From: Jatrophihabitantaceae bacterium
GTDB taxonomy: Bacteria; Actinomycetota; Actinomycetes; Mycobacteriales; Jatrophihabitantaceae
Direction: 5' to 3'
Assembly: GCA_046262575.1 (NCBI GenBank)
Contig: JBHEMN010000072.1
Location: 1-33,268 of the forward strand
DNA: 33,268 nt
Made by a program: the position numbers and the translations under genes. This document shows positions 8,169 to 17,377 of this stretch, piece after piece. Under the pieces are notes generated by a model that was given only the letters and a program-made list of their open reading frames with translations, had not been told where the DNA came from and did no database searches. Each line of letters starts with the position of its first letter. Within the stretch, counting starts at the first letter, position 1.

Positions 8169-8999
8169 ATGGCAACACAGCTGATGAGCGTGCTCACGGA
8201 CGCGCTCGGGCAATTGCGCATCCAGCCCACCCCTAAGCGGGTCCGTGCGCTAATCGGCGATGAGATCGCCCTCGACACCAGCCGATCGATGCTGGTGTGG
8301 GAACCGGGCCGCGGGGTCCCTTACTACGCCGTCCCCGTCGATGACGTGCGTGTCGAGCTCACTCCCAGCCTCCAAGACCGGATCCGAGCAACCTCCGACG
8401 CGCAGCACGTGGGCGGCGGCGTGAACTTCGTGCCTCCCGGCAACTTTCGGGGCCACACCACCGCCGGCGTCGAGATGACCGTCGCAGGCTTCGGGACCAG
8501 CCTGCCCGCAGCGGCCTTCCTGCCCCTGGACGTCGATCTGGCCGGCTACGCCATCCTCGACTTCGACGCCTTCGATACCTGGCTGGAGGAGGACGATGCG
8601 ATCGTCGGGCACCCACGCGATCCGTTCCATCGCGTCGACGTGCGGCGCAGTTCGCGCCACGTGCAGGTGAGTCTCGACGGCGTCGTGCTGGCCGAGAGTT
8701 CGCGCCCGCAGCTGCTCTTCGAGACGCCGATGCCAGTGCGGTACTACCTGCCCACCGAAGACGTGCGGGTGGGCCTGGTCGGACCAACGGCAACAACGAC
8801 GGCCTGCGCGTACAAGGGAATCGCGTCCTATTTCACCGCGCAGTTGCCCGATCGCGAGGTGCCCGACATCGCATGGTCCTACCTGAGTCCCCTGCCGGAC
8901 GCGATCGACATCCGCGGCCTGGTGTGCTTCTTCAACGAACGGGTCGACATCGAGGTCGACGGCCGGCAGGTGGACCGGCCCCGCACCCGGTGGTCCTGA
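8169..8999 (+). CDS. Tandem DUF427 domain protein, function unknown
   Basis: There are two DUF427-like repeats. The first is degenerate (RVRALIGDEIALDTSRSMLVWEP...PYYAVPVDDV). The second is canonical (HVQVSLDGVVLAESSRPQLLFETPMPVRYYLPTEDV ... CAYKGIASYF). ATG 8169 is preceded by GGGGAGGG. The ORF-track start at 8088 is probably too early. Confidence 0.7.
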   Translation: MATQLMSVLTDALGQLRIQPTPKRVRALIGDEIALDTSRSMLVWEPGRGVPYYAVPVDDVRVELTPSLQDRIRATSDAQHVGGGVNFVPPGNFRGHTTAGVEMTVAGFGTSLPAAAFLPLDVDLAGYAILDFDAFDTWLEEDDAIVGHPRDPFHRVDVRRSSRHVQVSLDGVVLAESSRPQLLFETPMPVRYYLPTEDVRVGLVGPTATTTACAYKGIASYFTAQLPDREVPDIAWSYLSPLPDAIDIRGLVCFFNERVDIEVDGRQVDRPRTRWS

Positions 9000-9035
9000 G
9001 TCAGCGCGCGGTGTAGGCCAGCGCGGGAGCGGCCA

Positions 9036-10505
9036 CTACCGCCGCCGCTCGATCCCGTACTCCCGCCAGCGTCGCTTCACCTTTGCCGCTGTCTCGGCGT
9101 CCAGCACGCACTCCGCGGGCCAGCCACCGGCGCGACGGTAGCCCTCGGTCGGCAGCTTGCGCGTCGCGTCGACGCCGAGCTTGCCCCCGAAGAACTGCTC
9201 GTACGCGGCGTGGTCGAGGTGGTCGACCGGCCCGACTGTGTGCAGCACGTCATGCGCGTAGTCGACATTGCCGAACGCCCGCCAGGCCACCTCGGCGTAG
9301 TCATGCACGTCGCAATCGGCATCGACCACGACAATCAGCTTGGACAGCGAAAGCAGCCCTGCGCCCCAGATCGCGTTCATGACCTTCTGCGCGTGTTTCG
9401 GGAAGCGCTTGTCGATCGCGACGATGCAGCAGTTGTGAAACACGCCAGCCGTGGGCAGGTCGTAGTCGACGATTTCCGGCACCGTCATCCGGATCAGCGG
9501 CAGGAAGATCCGCTCGGTGGCCTTGCCCATCGGCCCGTCCTCCTGCGGCGGGCGGCCCACAATGATGGACTGGAAGATCGGGTCGGTGCGCATCGTCATC
9601 GTCTCGACCCGGACGAACGGGAACGGCTCGACCGGCGTGTAGAAGCCGGTGTGGTCGCCGAACGGCCCCTCCGGCAATCGCTCGCCTGGCGATACCCAGC
9701 CCTCGAGCACTACCTGCGCCGCGGCCGGCACCTGCAGCGGCACCGACAGGCAGTCGATCATGTCGACGCGCTCGCGCTGCAAGAAGCCGGCGAACAAGTA
9801 CTCGTCGATCTCGGCGGGCAGCGGCGCGGAGGCGGCATACGTCACCGCCGGCGGGCAGCCGAACGCGATCGCCACCGGGAGCCGCTCGCCGCGCCGCTCG
9901 GCGATCGCCGCGTGCGAGGTGGAGTCCTTGTGGATCTGCCAGTGCAGGCTGACGGTCCGCTCGTCCTGCAACTGCAGCCGGTACATGCCGAGATTGCGCG
10001 CGCCGGTCTCCGGATGCTTGGTGTGCGTCAGGCCGAGATTGAGGAAGACGCCGCCGTCATCGGGCCAGGACTTGATGCCTGGCAGGATCGACAGGTCGAC
10101 GTCGCCCCCGCGCACGACGACCTCCTGGCACGGCGCCACCTTGACATGCCGCGGCGGTGCCGCGCGCAGTTGCGCGAGCTTGCTCAGCGCGTCGCGTAGC
10201 CCGCCCACACCGTGCGGCAGCTCCGGGCGCAGCAGCTCGGCTATGCGTGAGCCGATCTCGTCCAGGTCATTGACCCCCAACGCTTTCGCCATGCGGCGAT
10301 GGGTGCCGAACACGTTCATCGCGAGCGGCATCGCGCCGCGCGTCGGGTTCTCGAACAACAGGGCCGGTCCCTGCTCGCGCACCACCCGCGCGACGATGCC
10401 GGTGACCTCGAGGTGCGGGTCGACGGGTGCTTTCACCCGGGCCAGGTCACCGTCGCGTTCGAGCGCGCTCAGCAGGCTTTGCAGGTCGGCGTAGGCCACG
10501 ATCAT
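9036..10505 (-). CDS. UbiD-family (prFMN-dependent) decarboxylase, menaquinone biosynthesis type (proposed MqnL)
   Basis: The 489-aa ORF has the UbiD N-terminus (DLQSLLSALERDGDLARVKAPVDPHLEVTGI) and UbiD similarity throughout. Its synteny partners, the UbiA-like and UbiX-like genes, are nearby. Confidence 0.9.
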   Translation of the reverse strand: MIVAYADLQSLLSALERDGDLARVKAPVDPHLEVTGIVARVVREQGPALLFENPTRGAMPLAMNVFGTHRRMAKALGVNDLDEIGSRIAELLRPELPHGVGGLRDALSKLAQLRAAPPRHVKVAPCQEVVVRGGDVDLSILPGIKSWPDDGGVFLNLGLTHTKHPETGARNLGMYRLQLQDERTVSLHWQIHKDSTSHAAIAERRGERLPVAIAFGCPPAVTYAASAPLPAEIDEYLFAGFLQRERVDMIDCLSVPLQVPAAAQVVLEGWVSPGERLPEGPFGDHTGFYTPVEPFPFVRVETMTMRTDPIFQSIIVGRPPQEDGPMGKATERIFLPLIRMTVPEIVDYDLPTAGVFHNCCIVAIDKRFPKHAQKVMNAIWGAGLLSLSKLIVVVDADCDVHDYAEVAWRAFGNVDYAHDVLHTVGPVDHLDHAAYEQFFGGKLGVDATRKLPTEGYRRAGGWPAECVLDAETAAKVKRRWREYGIERRR

Positions 10506-10519
10506 CAGTATCCCCGCCG

Positions 10520-10569
10520 TCGATTGTGGTTCGCACGCCGCGCGGGCGGGGGCTAGCGAACCACAATCG
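10520..10569. repeat. Perfect 14-bp inverted repeat (CGATTGTGGTTCGC-N21-GCGAACCACAATCG), copy 1 of a shared palindromic element
   Basis: The arms are at 10521-10534 and 10556-10569. The element fills the 64-nt gap between the ccsA stop codon (10570) and the ubiD-like start codon (10505). The 14-mer TCGATTGTGGTTCG (10520-10533) recurs identically at 19359-19372. Confidence 0.85.
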
Positions 10570-11586
10570 TCAGTTCAGGCCGGCGTAGGAGTGCAGGCCC
10601 GAGACCACGATGTTGACGATGAGGAAGTTGAACGTGATGGCGAAGAAGCCGGTCAGGTTGACCCAGGCTGCCGCCCGACCCTTCCAGCCGGCTGTCGCCC
10701 GGGCGTGCAGGTAGCAGGCGTACACGACCCAGACTATGAACGCCCACGTCTCCTTGGGATCCCAGCCCCAGTAGCGTCCCCAGGCCGCCTCCGCCCAGAT
10801 CGCACCGCAGATGACAGCCACCGTGTACAGCGGGAAGGAGAACGCGACGATCCGGTATGCGGCCTTGTCCAGGGTGGCAGCGGCGGGCAGCTTTGCGCCG
10901 AACGCGGTGAGTCCTCCCACCGTGGCTCCCGGCTGCTCCGACACCCGGTCATAGCGCTGGCGCACGAGGAAGAGCACGGTCAGCACCGCGCTGGTCATCA
11001 GGGCGCCTTCGGCCACGGACACCAGCGTCACGTGGATGGCCAGCCAGTAGGACTGCAGCGCAGGCACCAATGGCTGAGCCTGCGAGTACAGCACGGTGCC
11101 GGCCAGGAACATCGTGACGATGACCGGCAGCAGAATGAAGCCGCCGAGGTGCCGGATCTGCGGAAGCCGCCACATCAACGCCACGAACGAGATGACGCCG
11201 ACGAGTCCGGCCACCGACGCGAACTCGTACATGTTGCTCCACGGCACTGCGTCGACCGCGATGGCGCGCACCGCGACGGAGGCGGCGTGCACGAGTACGC
11301 CGAGGACCGTCAGGACGAGAGCGAACCGGCCGATCCGGTCGGCGGTCGTGCCGCGTTCACTCGACGCGAGGGATGCGGGCGGTGTCTCGTCGACCGGTGG
11401 TCCGCCCGCACCGACGAGGGCACGCGCGGGCGCACCAGCGGGCATGGTGGCAGCGATCCGGCCCCGCTTGCCGAAGGAGTACTCGGCTACGAAACCGACC
11501 ATGCTGACCGAGTAGATCGCGATGGCCGTCGTAAACAACGAGTCGGACAGATGGGCCATGGAGCCGTCTATGCCGGCCACCGTCAT
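10570..11586 (-). CDS. ccsA: Cytochrome c biogenesis protein CcsA/ResC (System II heme handling)
   Basis: The tryptophan-rich WWD-type motif is present (WGRYWGWDPKETWAF) in a polytopic membrane protein. The start at MTVAGIDGS (ATG 11586) overlaps the resB stop codon (ATGA). The ORF-track ORF is over-extended. Confidence 0.9.
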   Translation of the reverse strand: MTVAGIDGSMAHLSDSLFTTAIAIYSVSMVGFVAEYSFGKRGRIAATMPAGAPARALVGAGGPPVDETPPASLASSERGTTADRIGRFALVLTVLGVLVHAASVAVRAIAVDAVPWSNMYEFASVAGLVGVISFVALMWRLPQIRHLGGFILLPVIVTMFLAGTVLYSQAQPLVPALQSYWLAIHVTLVSVAEGALMTSAVLTVLFLVRQRYDRVSEQPGATVGGLTAFGAKLPAAATLDKAAYRIVAFSFPLYTVAVICGAIWAEAAWGRYWGWDPKETWAFIVWVVYACYLHARATAGWKGRAAAWVNLTGFFAITFNFLIVNIVVSGLHSYAGLN

Positions 11587-13148
11587 CCCCTTCCCGCGGC
11601 GATCAACTCGTGCGCCGGAGTGGCCGCGCCGCGCAGCCGTTCCAGCAGGCCCGCGAACTCCGTCGCGAAGTTGCCCGAGTCGCTGCGGGCGAGGCCGCCC
11701 ACTGCGACCACGGTAGGCGATCCGCTGGCGACCGGCGCAGACGGGGTGATCCGCAGCCAGAGCCGTCGCCGGCGCACCCCGAGCGAGCCGAGCAGGCCGA
11801 GGACCATCGCCGCCGCGGCGCCGAGCAGATAGCCCTGACTGGGGTCGTGGCTGACCTGGATGCTGGCCCACGGCAGCCAGCCGTCGAACGTCACCGAGAC
11901 ACCGTTGCGGAACTTCTGCGTCTGCCCGACGACGAGGTTCACGGCGCCGAGCTCGGTCATCTTGGACATGTCCAGCGAGTACACCGACTGCGGCAAGCCG
12001 CGGTAGTTCAGGTCGCCCTGGTAGACGAAGATCCCGAGCACCGGATTGTCGACCTGCGGCGACACCGACCTGATCGCCCCGTCACCGCCCTGCTGCGGCG
12101 TGGGCGCGAAGAAGCCGCGGATGCCGACGTCCTGGTTCTTGCCGGGACCACCCTGCTCCTTGAACGCGCCTTCGGACAGCAGGGTGGAGGCATCCCGCGG
12201 GATGAACACGGCGGTGTCGTGCCGCACCGTCCCGTCAGGCATCCGGATCGTCAGCTGCGGCGCAAAGCCGTGCCCGATCAGATAGATGCGATCGCCGCCC
12301 AGGCGCAGCGGATGGTTCACCTTGATCGTGGCGTGCTGGGCCACTCCGTCGATGTCGCGGCGGTAGGTGACGTCGGCCGCGAACTTCGACGGCTCGCCGG
12401 CGGACGTGTAGTCGGCGGTGAACTTCGTCATCTCATCGATGCAGAACGGGCCCGGAGCGATCTTTCCTTCGGCGGCGAAGCGGCCGGGCTTCCAGGAGTC
12501 GTACTGCGACACCGTGTTGCAGAAGCCCTGGTCGGGGCCTTGGACGACGATGCGTGAGCCCTGGTAGCTGTACAGCCGGCCGATCGCGATCAGCACCAGC
12601 GAGGCGAGCACTGCGACGTGGAAGACCAGGTTGCCGGTCTCGCGGCTGTAGCCCTTCTCGGCCGAGAGCGTCAACGCGCCGCCGGGCTCGTCGCGCTCGA
12701 CGATGCGCCAGCGGCGGCCGAGCGCACGGCGCGCGGCGGCGGCGTACTCGGTGGGTGCCTGGGCCGTCTCGAGCCTGCCCGACTCGGGCAGTCGCTCGAG
12801 ATTGCGCGGCGCGGGCAACGGCTTGCGGGCGACCGCACGGGCGTGCAGCCGGATGCGCGGGATCAGGCAGCCGACCAGCGAGATGAACAACAGCAGGTAG
12901 ATGGCGGCGAACCACGCCGACCCGAACACGTCGAACGCGCCGATGCTGTCCAGGAATCGGCCCCAGCCGCCGTGTGAGGCGAGATAGCTGCTCGTCTTTT
13001 CCGGGTTCAGCGGGCGCTGCGGCAGCAGCGAGCCCGGGACGGCCGCGACCGCCAGGAGGAACAGCAGGATCAGCGCCGTGCGCATGCTGGTCAGTCGGCG
13101 CCAGGTCATGCGCACGGGTCGTAGCGCGGCACGGACCGAAACGCTCAC
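11583..13148 (-). CDS. resB: Cytochrome c biogenesis protein ResB/Ccs1
   Basis: The ResB-type N-terminus is present (LTSMRTALILLFLLAVAAVPGSLLPQR...FDVFGSAWFAAIYLLLFISLVGC), followed by a large extracytoplasmic domain and a C-terminal TM helix. GTG 13148 overlaps the ccdA stop codon (GTGA). ATG at MTWRRL is the alternative start. Confidence 0.85.
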   Translation of the reverse strand: MSVSVRAALRPVRMTWRRLTSMRTALILLFLLAVAAVPGSLLPQRPLNPEKTSSYLASHGGWGRFLDSIGAFDVFGSAWFAAIYLLLFISLVGCLIPRIRLHARAVARKPLPAPRNLERLPESGRLETAQAPTEYAAAARRALGRRWRIVERDEPGGALTLSAEKGYSRETGNLVFHVAVLASLVLIAIGRLYSYQGSRIVVQGPDQGFCNTVSQYDSWKPGRFAAEGKIAPGPFCIDEMTKFTADYTSAGEPSKFAADVTYRRDIDGVAQHATIKVNHPLRLGGDRIYLIGHGFAPQLTIRMPDGTVRHDTAVFIPRDASTLLSEGAFKEQGGPGKNQDVGIRGFFAPTPQQGGDGAIRSVSPQVDNPVLGIFVYQGDLNYRGLPQSVYSLDMSKMTELGAVNLVVGQTQKFRNGVSVTFDGWLPWASIQVSHDPSQGYLLGAAAAMVLGLLGSLGVRRRRLWLRITPSAPVASGSPTVVAVGGLARSDSGNFATEFAGLLERLRGAATPAHELIAAGRG

Positions 13149-13909
13149 AATCCGCTGCCTATGCCGGCGCCCGGACCTACCGCGCTGCGCAGCTCGTCCA
13201 TCCAGTGGTTCCACGTACCCGTGACCAGCAGCAAGCCGAAGACGATCAGGAGGACGCCACCGACCTGGCTGACGACCCGCGCGTGGCGCCGCACGAATCC
13301 CAGCGCTCCGGACACCCAGCCGACGCCCACCGCGACGAGCACGAACGGGATGCTCAGGCCGAGGCAGTAACACAACATCAGGAAAGCGCCGCGGCCGGCT
13401 GTCGCCTGCTGGAAGGCCAGCGTGTACACGGCACCCAGGGTGGGCGTCAGGCAGGGCGCCCAGGCCAGCCCGAACGCCGCGCCGAGCAACGGCGCACCGA
13501 CCAAGCCGGCCTGCGGGAGCTTGTGGATGCGCACCTCGCGTTGCAGGAAGCCGATCCCGCCCAGAAAGATCACGCCCATGAGGATCGTGAGCACGCCCAG
13601 CACCCGCTCGATCGTGACTACGTGATCGCGGATGGCCGCGCCCAGACTGCCGAACAGCACCCCCTCGGCAACGAAGATCGCGGTGAAGCCGACGACGAAC
13701 AGCAGGGCTCCGGACACCATGCGACGCTGGCTGTGCTTGGCGTCGGGGGCCGAGCCGGACAGCCCGGCGACATAGGACAGGTAGCCGGGCACCAGCGGCA
13801 GCACGCACGGCGACAGGAAGCCGATGAGCCCGACCAGTGCCGCAACCCCGGCGGCTACCAGCAACGGCCCGTCGTTGACGGCGTGCTCGAAGGCTCCGGC
13901 CGCGAGCAT
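13145..13909 (-). CDS. ccdA: Cytochrome c-type biogenesis protein CcdA (DsbD-family thiol-disulfide transporter)
   Basis: It has 6 TM helices with conserved cysteines in the SPCVLPLVPGY and APCLTP motifs. Confidence 0.9.
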   Translation of the reverse strand: MLAAGAFEHAVNDGPLLVAAGVAALVGLIGFLSPCVLPLVPGYLSYVAGLSGSAPDAKHSQRRMVSGALLFVVGFTAIFVAEGVLFGSLGAAIRDHVVTIERVLGVLTILMGVIFLGGIGFLQREVRIHKLPQAGLVGAPLLGAAFGLAWAPCLTPTLGAVYTLAFQQATAGRGAFLMLCYCLGLSIPFVLVAVGVGWVSGALGFVRRHARVVSQVGGVLLIVFGLLLVTGTWNHWMDELRSAVGPGAGIGSGL

Positions 13910-14484
13910 CAGGACTCCGCGAGCAGCTTGTCCAGCAATCGCTGGAGGTCCTTGGCCGCGAGCTTGTTCAGGTACACGACGGCGACCCGGGCGTGCTTGT
14001 CGACGATCACCGTAAACGGGAAGGCCAGCGCGGGAATCCGGCCCAGCCGCAACGCCGTCTCACTCTTCTCGTCGAAGACGATCGGGTAGCTGATGTTGTT
14101 GTCTCTGACGAACGCTTCGGCCTTGCTGCGGATGTCCTTGGTGTCGATGCCGATGAAGTCGACGCCCTTGGCCTTGTACCCGCGATAGACCAGGTCGAAC
14201 TGCGGGGTCTCGGTCGTGCACGGGCCGCACCAGGTGGCCCAGAAGTTGATGACCACGACCCGGCCGGCGCTCTGTTCCAGCGTCAGGGTTCTTCCGCTGA
14301 GCAAGGTACCGGTGAACGAGCCGGCCTTCCTGCGGTCGGCGACGGGGTAGGTCTGTCCCAGAGCGGTGCCCGTCACAAAGCTGTACGTGTCGCCTGCACC
14401 CTGGTGGACTGCGTCCCGGCCAGCGCAGCCGGCCAGCACCAGCGCAGCAAGAGCCACACCAGCCAGGGATCGTGGGAGCTTCAT
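13909..14484 (-). CDS. resA: TlpA/ResA-like thioredoxin-fold lipoprotein (thiol-disulfide oxidoreductase)
   Basis: A lipoprotein signal peptide with lipobox is present (MKLPRSLAGVALAALVLAGC), along with the WCGPC active site (NFWATWCGPC). Its stop codon shares one base with the ccdA ATG (TGATG). The ORF-track start at 14625 is over-extended. Confidence 0.85.
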   Translation of the reverse strand: MKLPRSLAGVALAALVLAGCAGRDAVHQGAGDTYSFVTGTALGQTYPVADRRKAGSFTGTLLSGRTLTLEQSAGRVVVINFWATWCGPCTTETPQFDLVYRGYKAKGVDFIGIDTKDIRSKAEAFVRDNNISYPIVFDEKSETALRLGRIPALAFPFTVIVDKHARVAVVYLNKLAAKDLQRLLDKLLAES

Positions 14485-14557
14485 CGCGGTCCAGTGTGCG
14501 TCACCGCCCAGCCTGGCGCGCAGCCGCCTCAGCTTCCTGTGAGCCACTCGCACCTCG

Positions 14558-15199
14558 TCAGGCGCCCGCGCCGTGCCCACCCGGCAACGACGCGGCCGGC
14601 TCGGTGTAGCCGATGGCCACGACATCGTCCCCGTCGAAGGTGAGCGACGTTACCGACGCCAGGCCGCACCGGCGATGCCGCGGGTCGTGGAACAGCCTTC
14701 TGCCCTCGGCGGCGCGGCGGGCGATCACGATCGGCAGCTGGTGGCTGACGCACACCGCCTGCTTGCCGGCCCCCGCGGCAAGCGCCCTGTCGCGAGCCGC
14801 GCGGGCGGCGGCAAGCACGCGGATCGCGATCTGCGCGTACGGCTCGCCCCAGGACGGGCGGAACGGGTTGCGAAAGTACTTCCAGTTCCCGACGTCGGTG
14901 AACAACCCCTTACCGCCGGCCACCTGACGGCCCTCGAGCTCGTTGGCCGCTTCGATGAGCCGATCGTCTATCGCGACGTCCAGGCCGAGCGCGTCGGCCA
15001 ACGGCGCGGCAGTGAGTTGTGCACGCTCCAGGGGCGAGGACACGACGTAGCCCACGTCGCGACGCGCCAGTGACTCCGCAGCCAGCTTCGCCTGCGCTAC
15101 GCCGAGGTCGCTGAGTCCGAACCCGGGCAGCCTGCCGTACAGCACGCGGTCGGGGTTGAACACCTCCCCGTGGCGCAGCAGATGCACCGTGGTCCTCAT
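14558..15199 (-). CDS. Histidine phosphatase (phosphoglycerate mutase-like) family protein
   Basis: The RHGE catalytic motif is near the N-terminus (VHLLRHGEV). Its position after hemL matches the mycobacterial hemL-Rv0525 arrangement. ATG 15199 overlaps the hemL stop codon (ATGA). Confidence 0.85.
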   Translation of the reverse strand: MRTTVHLLRHGEVFNPDRVLYGRLPGFGLSDLGVAQAKLAAESLARRDVGYVVSSPLERAQLTAAPLADALGLDVAIDDRLIEAANELEGRQVAGGKGLFTDVGNWKYFRNPFRPSWGEPYAQIAIRVLAAARAARDRALAAGAGKQAVCVSHQLPIVIARRAAEGRRLFHDPRHRRCGLASVTSLTFDGDDVVAIGYTEPAASLPGGHGAGA

Positions 15200-16530
15200 G
15201 TGGCCGATCTTCCAGGATGGGGCTGGGCCCGCGCGGCCGCCCGCGCAGCAGTCGGTAGCGCTGTTGCGATGCGATCCAGCGCGCCCGCGTCCATAGCTGC
15301 GTTGACGAACCATGCCTCGTACGGGCTGGGCGGGAGATACACGCCGGCGTCGAGCATGGCGTGGAAGAACGGCGCGTAGCGGAACGTCTCGGCGGCCTGC
15401 GCACCGGCGAAATCGACAACCGGAGCCGCCGCGAAGAAGATCGAAAAGAGGTTGCCGGCAAACTGCACCTGGTGCGCAACTCCCGCCGCGGTGAGGGCGT
15501 CGGACGCGAGCTGGCCGATCGTCGCTGCGTGCCGGTCGAGCGCCGCGTACACCGACGCGTCCGCTGCCCGCAGCGACGCGAGCCCGGCGGCCACCGCGAC
15601 GGGATTGCCCGACAAGGTGCCGGCCTGGTACACCGGACCGGCTGGCGCCAGATGTCCCATGAGCTCGGCCCGCCCGCCGAACGCCGCCGCCGGCAAGCCG
15701 CCGCTCATCACCTTGCCGAACGTGAACAGATCGGCTTCGACCGGGTCCAGGCCGTACCATCCTGCGGCCGAGACCCGGAAACCGGTCATCACCTCGTCCA
15801 TCACCAGCAGCGCGCCACCGGCCGACGTGATCTCCCGCAGTCCCGCGTTGAAGCCGGGCAGCGGTGCAACCGCGCCCATGTTGCCGGCCGCCGCCTCGGT
15901 GATCACGCAGGCAATGTCGCTGCCGAACTCGGCGAAACACGCCCGCACCGCGGCCAGATCGTTGTAGGGCAGCACGATCGTCTCGGCGGTCTGTGCCCCC
16001 GTGACGCCTGGCGTGTCGGGCAGTCCGAACGTGGCCACGCCAGAGCCCGCAGCAGCGAGCAGAGCGTCGACGTGGCCGTGATAGCAGCCGGCGAACTTGA
16101 CCACCCGGTGCCGCCCGGTGGCGCCGCGGGCGAGCCGGATCGCCGACATCGTCGCCTCTGTCCCGGAGTTGACCAGGCGAACCTGCCCGAGGGGAGCTGC
16201 ACCAGCACAGTTCACCCGCGCGATGATTTCCTCGGCCAGTTCGATCTCCCCGAGCGTCGGTGTCCCGAACGACAGCCCGGCCCGGGCCGCTCGCGCCACA
16301 GCGGCCACCACCGCGGGATGCGCGTGACCCAGGATCATCGGCCCCCACGACGACACCAGATCGACATACGAGCGACCGTCGGCGTCGGTCAGATATGCAC
16401 CGGAGCCGCTGACCATGAAACGCGGGGTGCCGCCGACGGCGCGAAACGCCCGCACCGGCGAGTTCACCCCGCCGGGTATCACGCGCAGCGCGCGGGCGAA
16501 CAGCTCGGCCGAGACGGGCGCGTCAGACAC
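15196..16530 (-). CDS. hemL: Glutamate-1-semialdehyde 2,1-aminomutase
   Basis: Class-III aminotransferase and HemL signatures are present ([49 protein letters not shown] with the PLP lysine). The start is set at GTG 16530 ([11 protein letters not shown]). The ORF-track ORF runs antisense into the SDR gene. Confidence 0.9.
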   Translation of the reverse strand: MSDAPVSAELFARALRVIPGGVNSPVRAFRAVGGTPRFMVSGSGAYLTDADGRSYVDLVSSWGPMILGHAHPAVVAAVARAARAGLSFGTPTLGEIELAEEIIARVNCAGAAPLGQVRLVNSGTEATMSAIRLARGATGRHRVVKFAGCYHGHVDALLAAAGSGVATFGLPDTPGVTGAQTAETIVLPYNDLAAVRACFAEFGSDIACVITEAAAGNMGAVAPLPGFNAGLREITSAGGALLVMDEVMTGFRVSAAGWYGLDPVEADLFTFGKVMSGGLPAAAFGGRAELMGHLAPAGPVYQAGTLSGNPVAVAAGLASLRAADASVYAALDRHAATIGQLASDALTAAGVAHQVQFAGNLFSIFFAAAPVVDFAGAQAAETFRYAPFFHAMLDAGVYLPPSPYEAWFVNAAMDAGALDRIATALPTAARAAARAQPHPGRSAT

Positions 16531-16594
16531 AGCCGAAGTGTCCCAGCAGGCATAGGGCAGGATCGACGCGACTCCCACGGAAGGGCACCAGCGC

Positions 16595-17356
16595 ATGCAC
16601 ATCGCGGGAAGCGGCGCAGTCGTCACCGGCGGCGCGTCCGGGCTCGGCCTGGCCACCGCCCGCAGGCTCGTCGACGCGGGCGCACACGTCGTACTGCTCG
16701 ACCTGGCAACGGCACCGGTACTGGCGGCGGCCGGCGACCTCGGCGCACATGCGGCTTTCGCCGCCGGCGACGTCACCAGTGAGGTCGACGTCACGGCGGC
16801 CCTCGACACCGCTGCCGCCCGCGGTCCGCTCCGGATCGTGGTCAACTGCGCGGGCATCGGGACGCCCGGACGCGTGCTCGGACGCAACGGTGTGCTGCCC
16901 CTGGACCAGTTCGCCAGGGTGGTGCAGGTGAACCTGATCGGCACGTTCAACGTGATCCGCCTGGCCGCTGAGCGCATCGCAGCCACCGAACCTGTCGACG
17001 GGGAGCGGGGCGTCATCGTCAACACCGCCTCCGCTGCCGCCTTTGACGGCCAGATCGGGCAGGCGGCGTATTCCGCGTCCAAAGGCGGCATCGTCGGCAT
17101 GACCCTGCCGATCGCCCGCGACCTCGCCGACAAGCTGATCCGGGTCATGACGATCGCGCCGGGCCTGTTCCGGACGCCGATGCTGGCCGGGCTGCCGCAG
17201 GAGGCGCAGGACTCGCTCGGGGCGCAGGTGCCCCACCCGAACCGCCTCGGCCACCCCGACGAGTACGCGGCGCTCGTCGCGCACATCATCACCAACCCCA
17301 TGCTCAACGGAGAGGTGATCCGCCTGGACGGTGCGATTCGGATGGCGCCGCGCTAG
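16595..17356 (+). CDS. SDR-family 3-hydroxyacyl-CoA dehydrogenase (HSD10/type-2-like)
   Basis: TGGASGLG Rossmann motif and YSASKGG active-site motif are present. The C-terminus [14 protein letters not shown] is very similar to HSD17B10-type enzymes. Confidence 0.85.
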   Translation: MHIAGSGAVVTGGASGLGLATARRLVDAGAHVVLLDLATAPVLAAAGDLGAHAAFAAGDVTSEVDVTAALDTAAARGPLRIVVNCAGIGTPGRVLGRNGVLPLDQFARVVQVNLIGTFNVIRLAAERIAATEPVDGERGVIVNTASAAAFDGQIGQAAYSASKGGIVGMTLPIARDLADKLIRVMTIAPGLFRTPMLAGLPQEAQDSLGAQVPHPNRLGHPDEYAALVAHIITNPMLNGEVIRLDGAIRMAPR

Positions 17357-17377
17357 CCGTGTCTAGCGGTCATGCCC

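Noticed and set aside
10521-10534. GGTTCG in the repeat arm resembles a tRNA T-arm (GGTTCGAATCC), which raised the idea of a tRNA or tRNA-derived element
   Set aside because: There is no acceptor stem, anticodon arm or D-arm in the flanks, and the similarity is limited to 6 nt.
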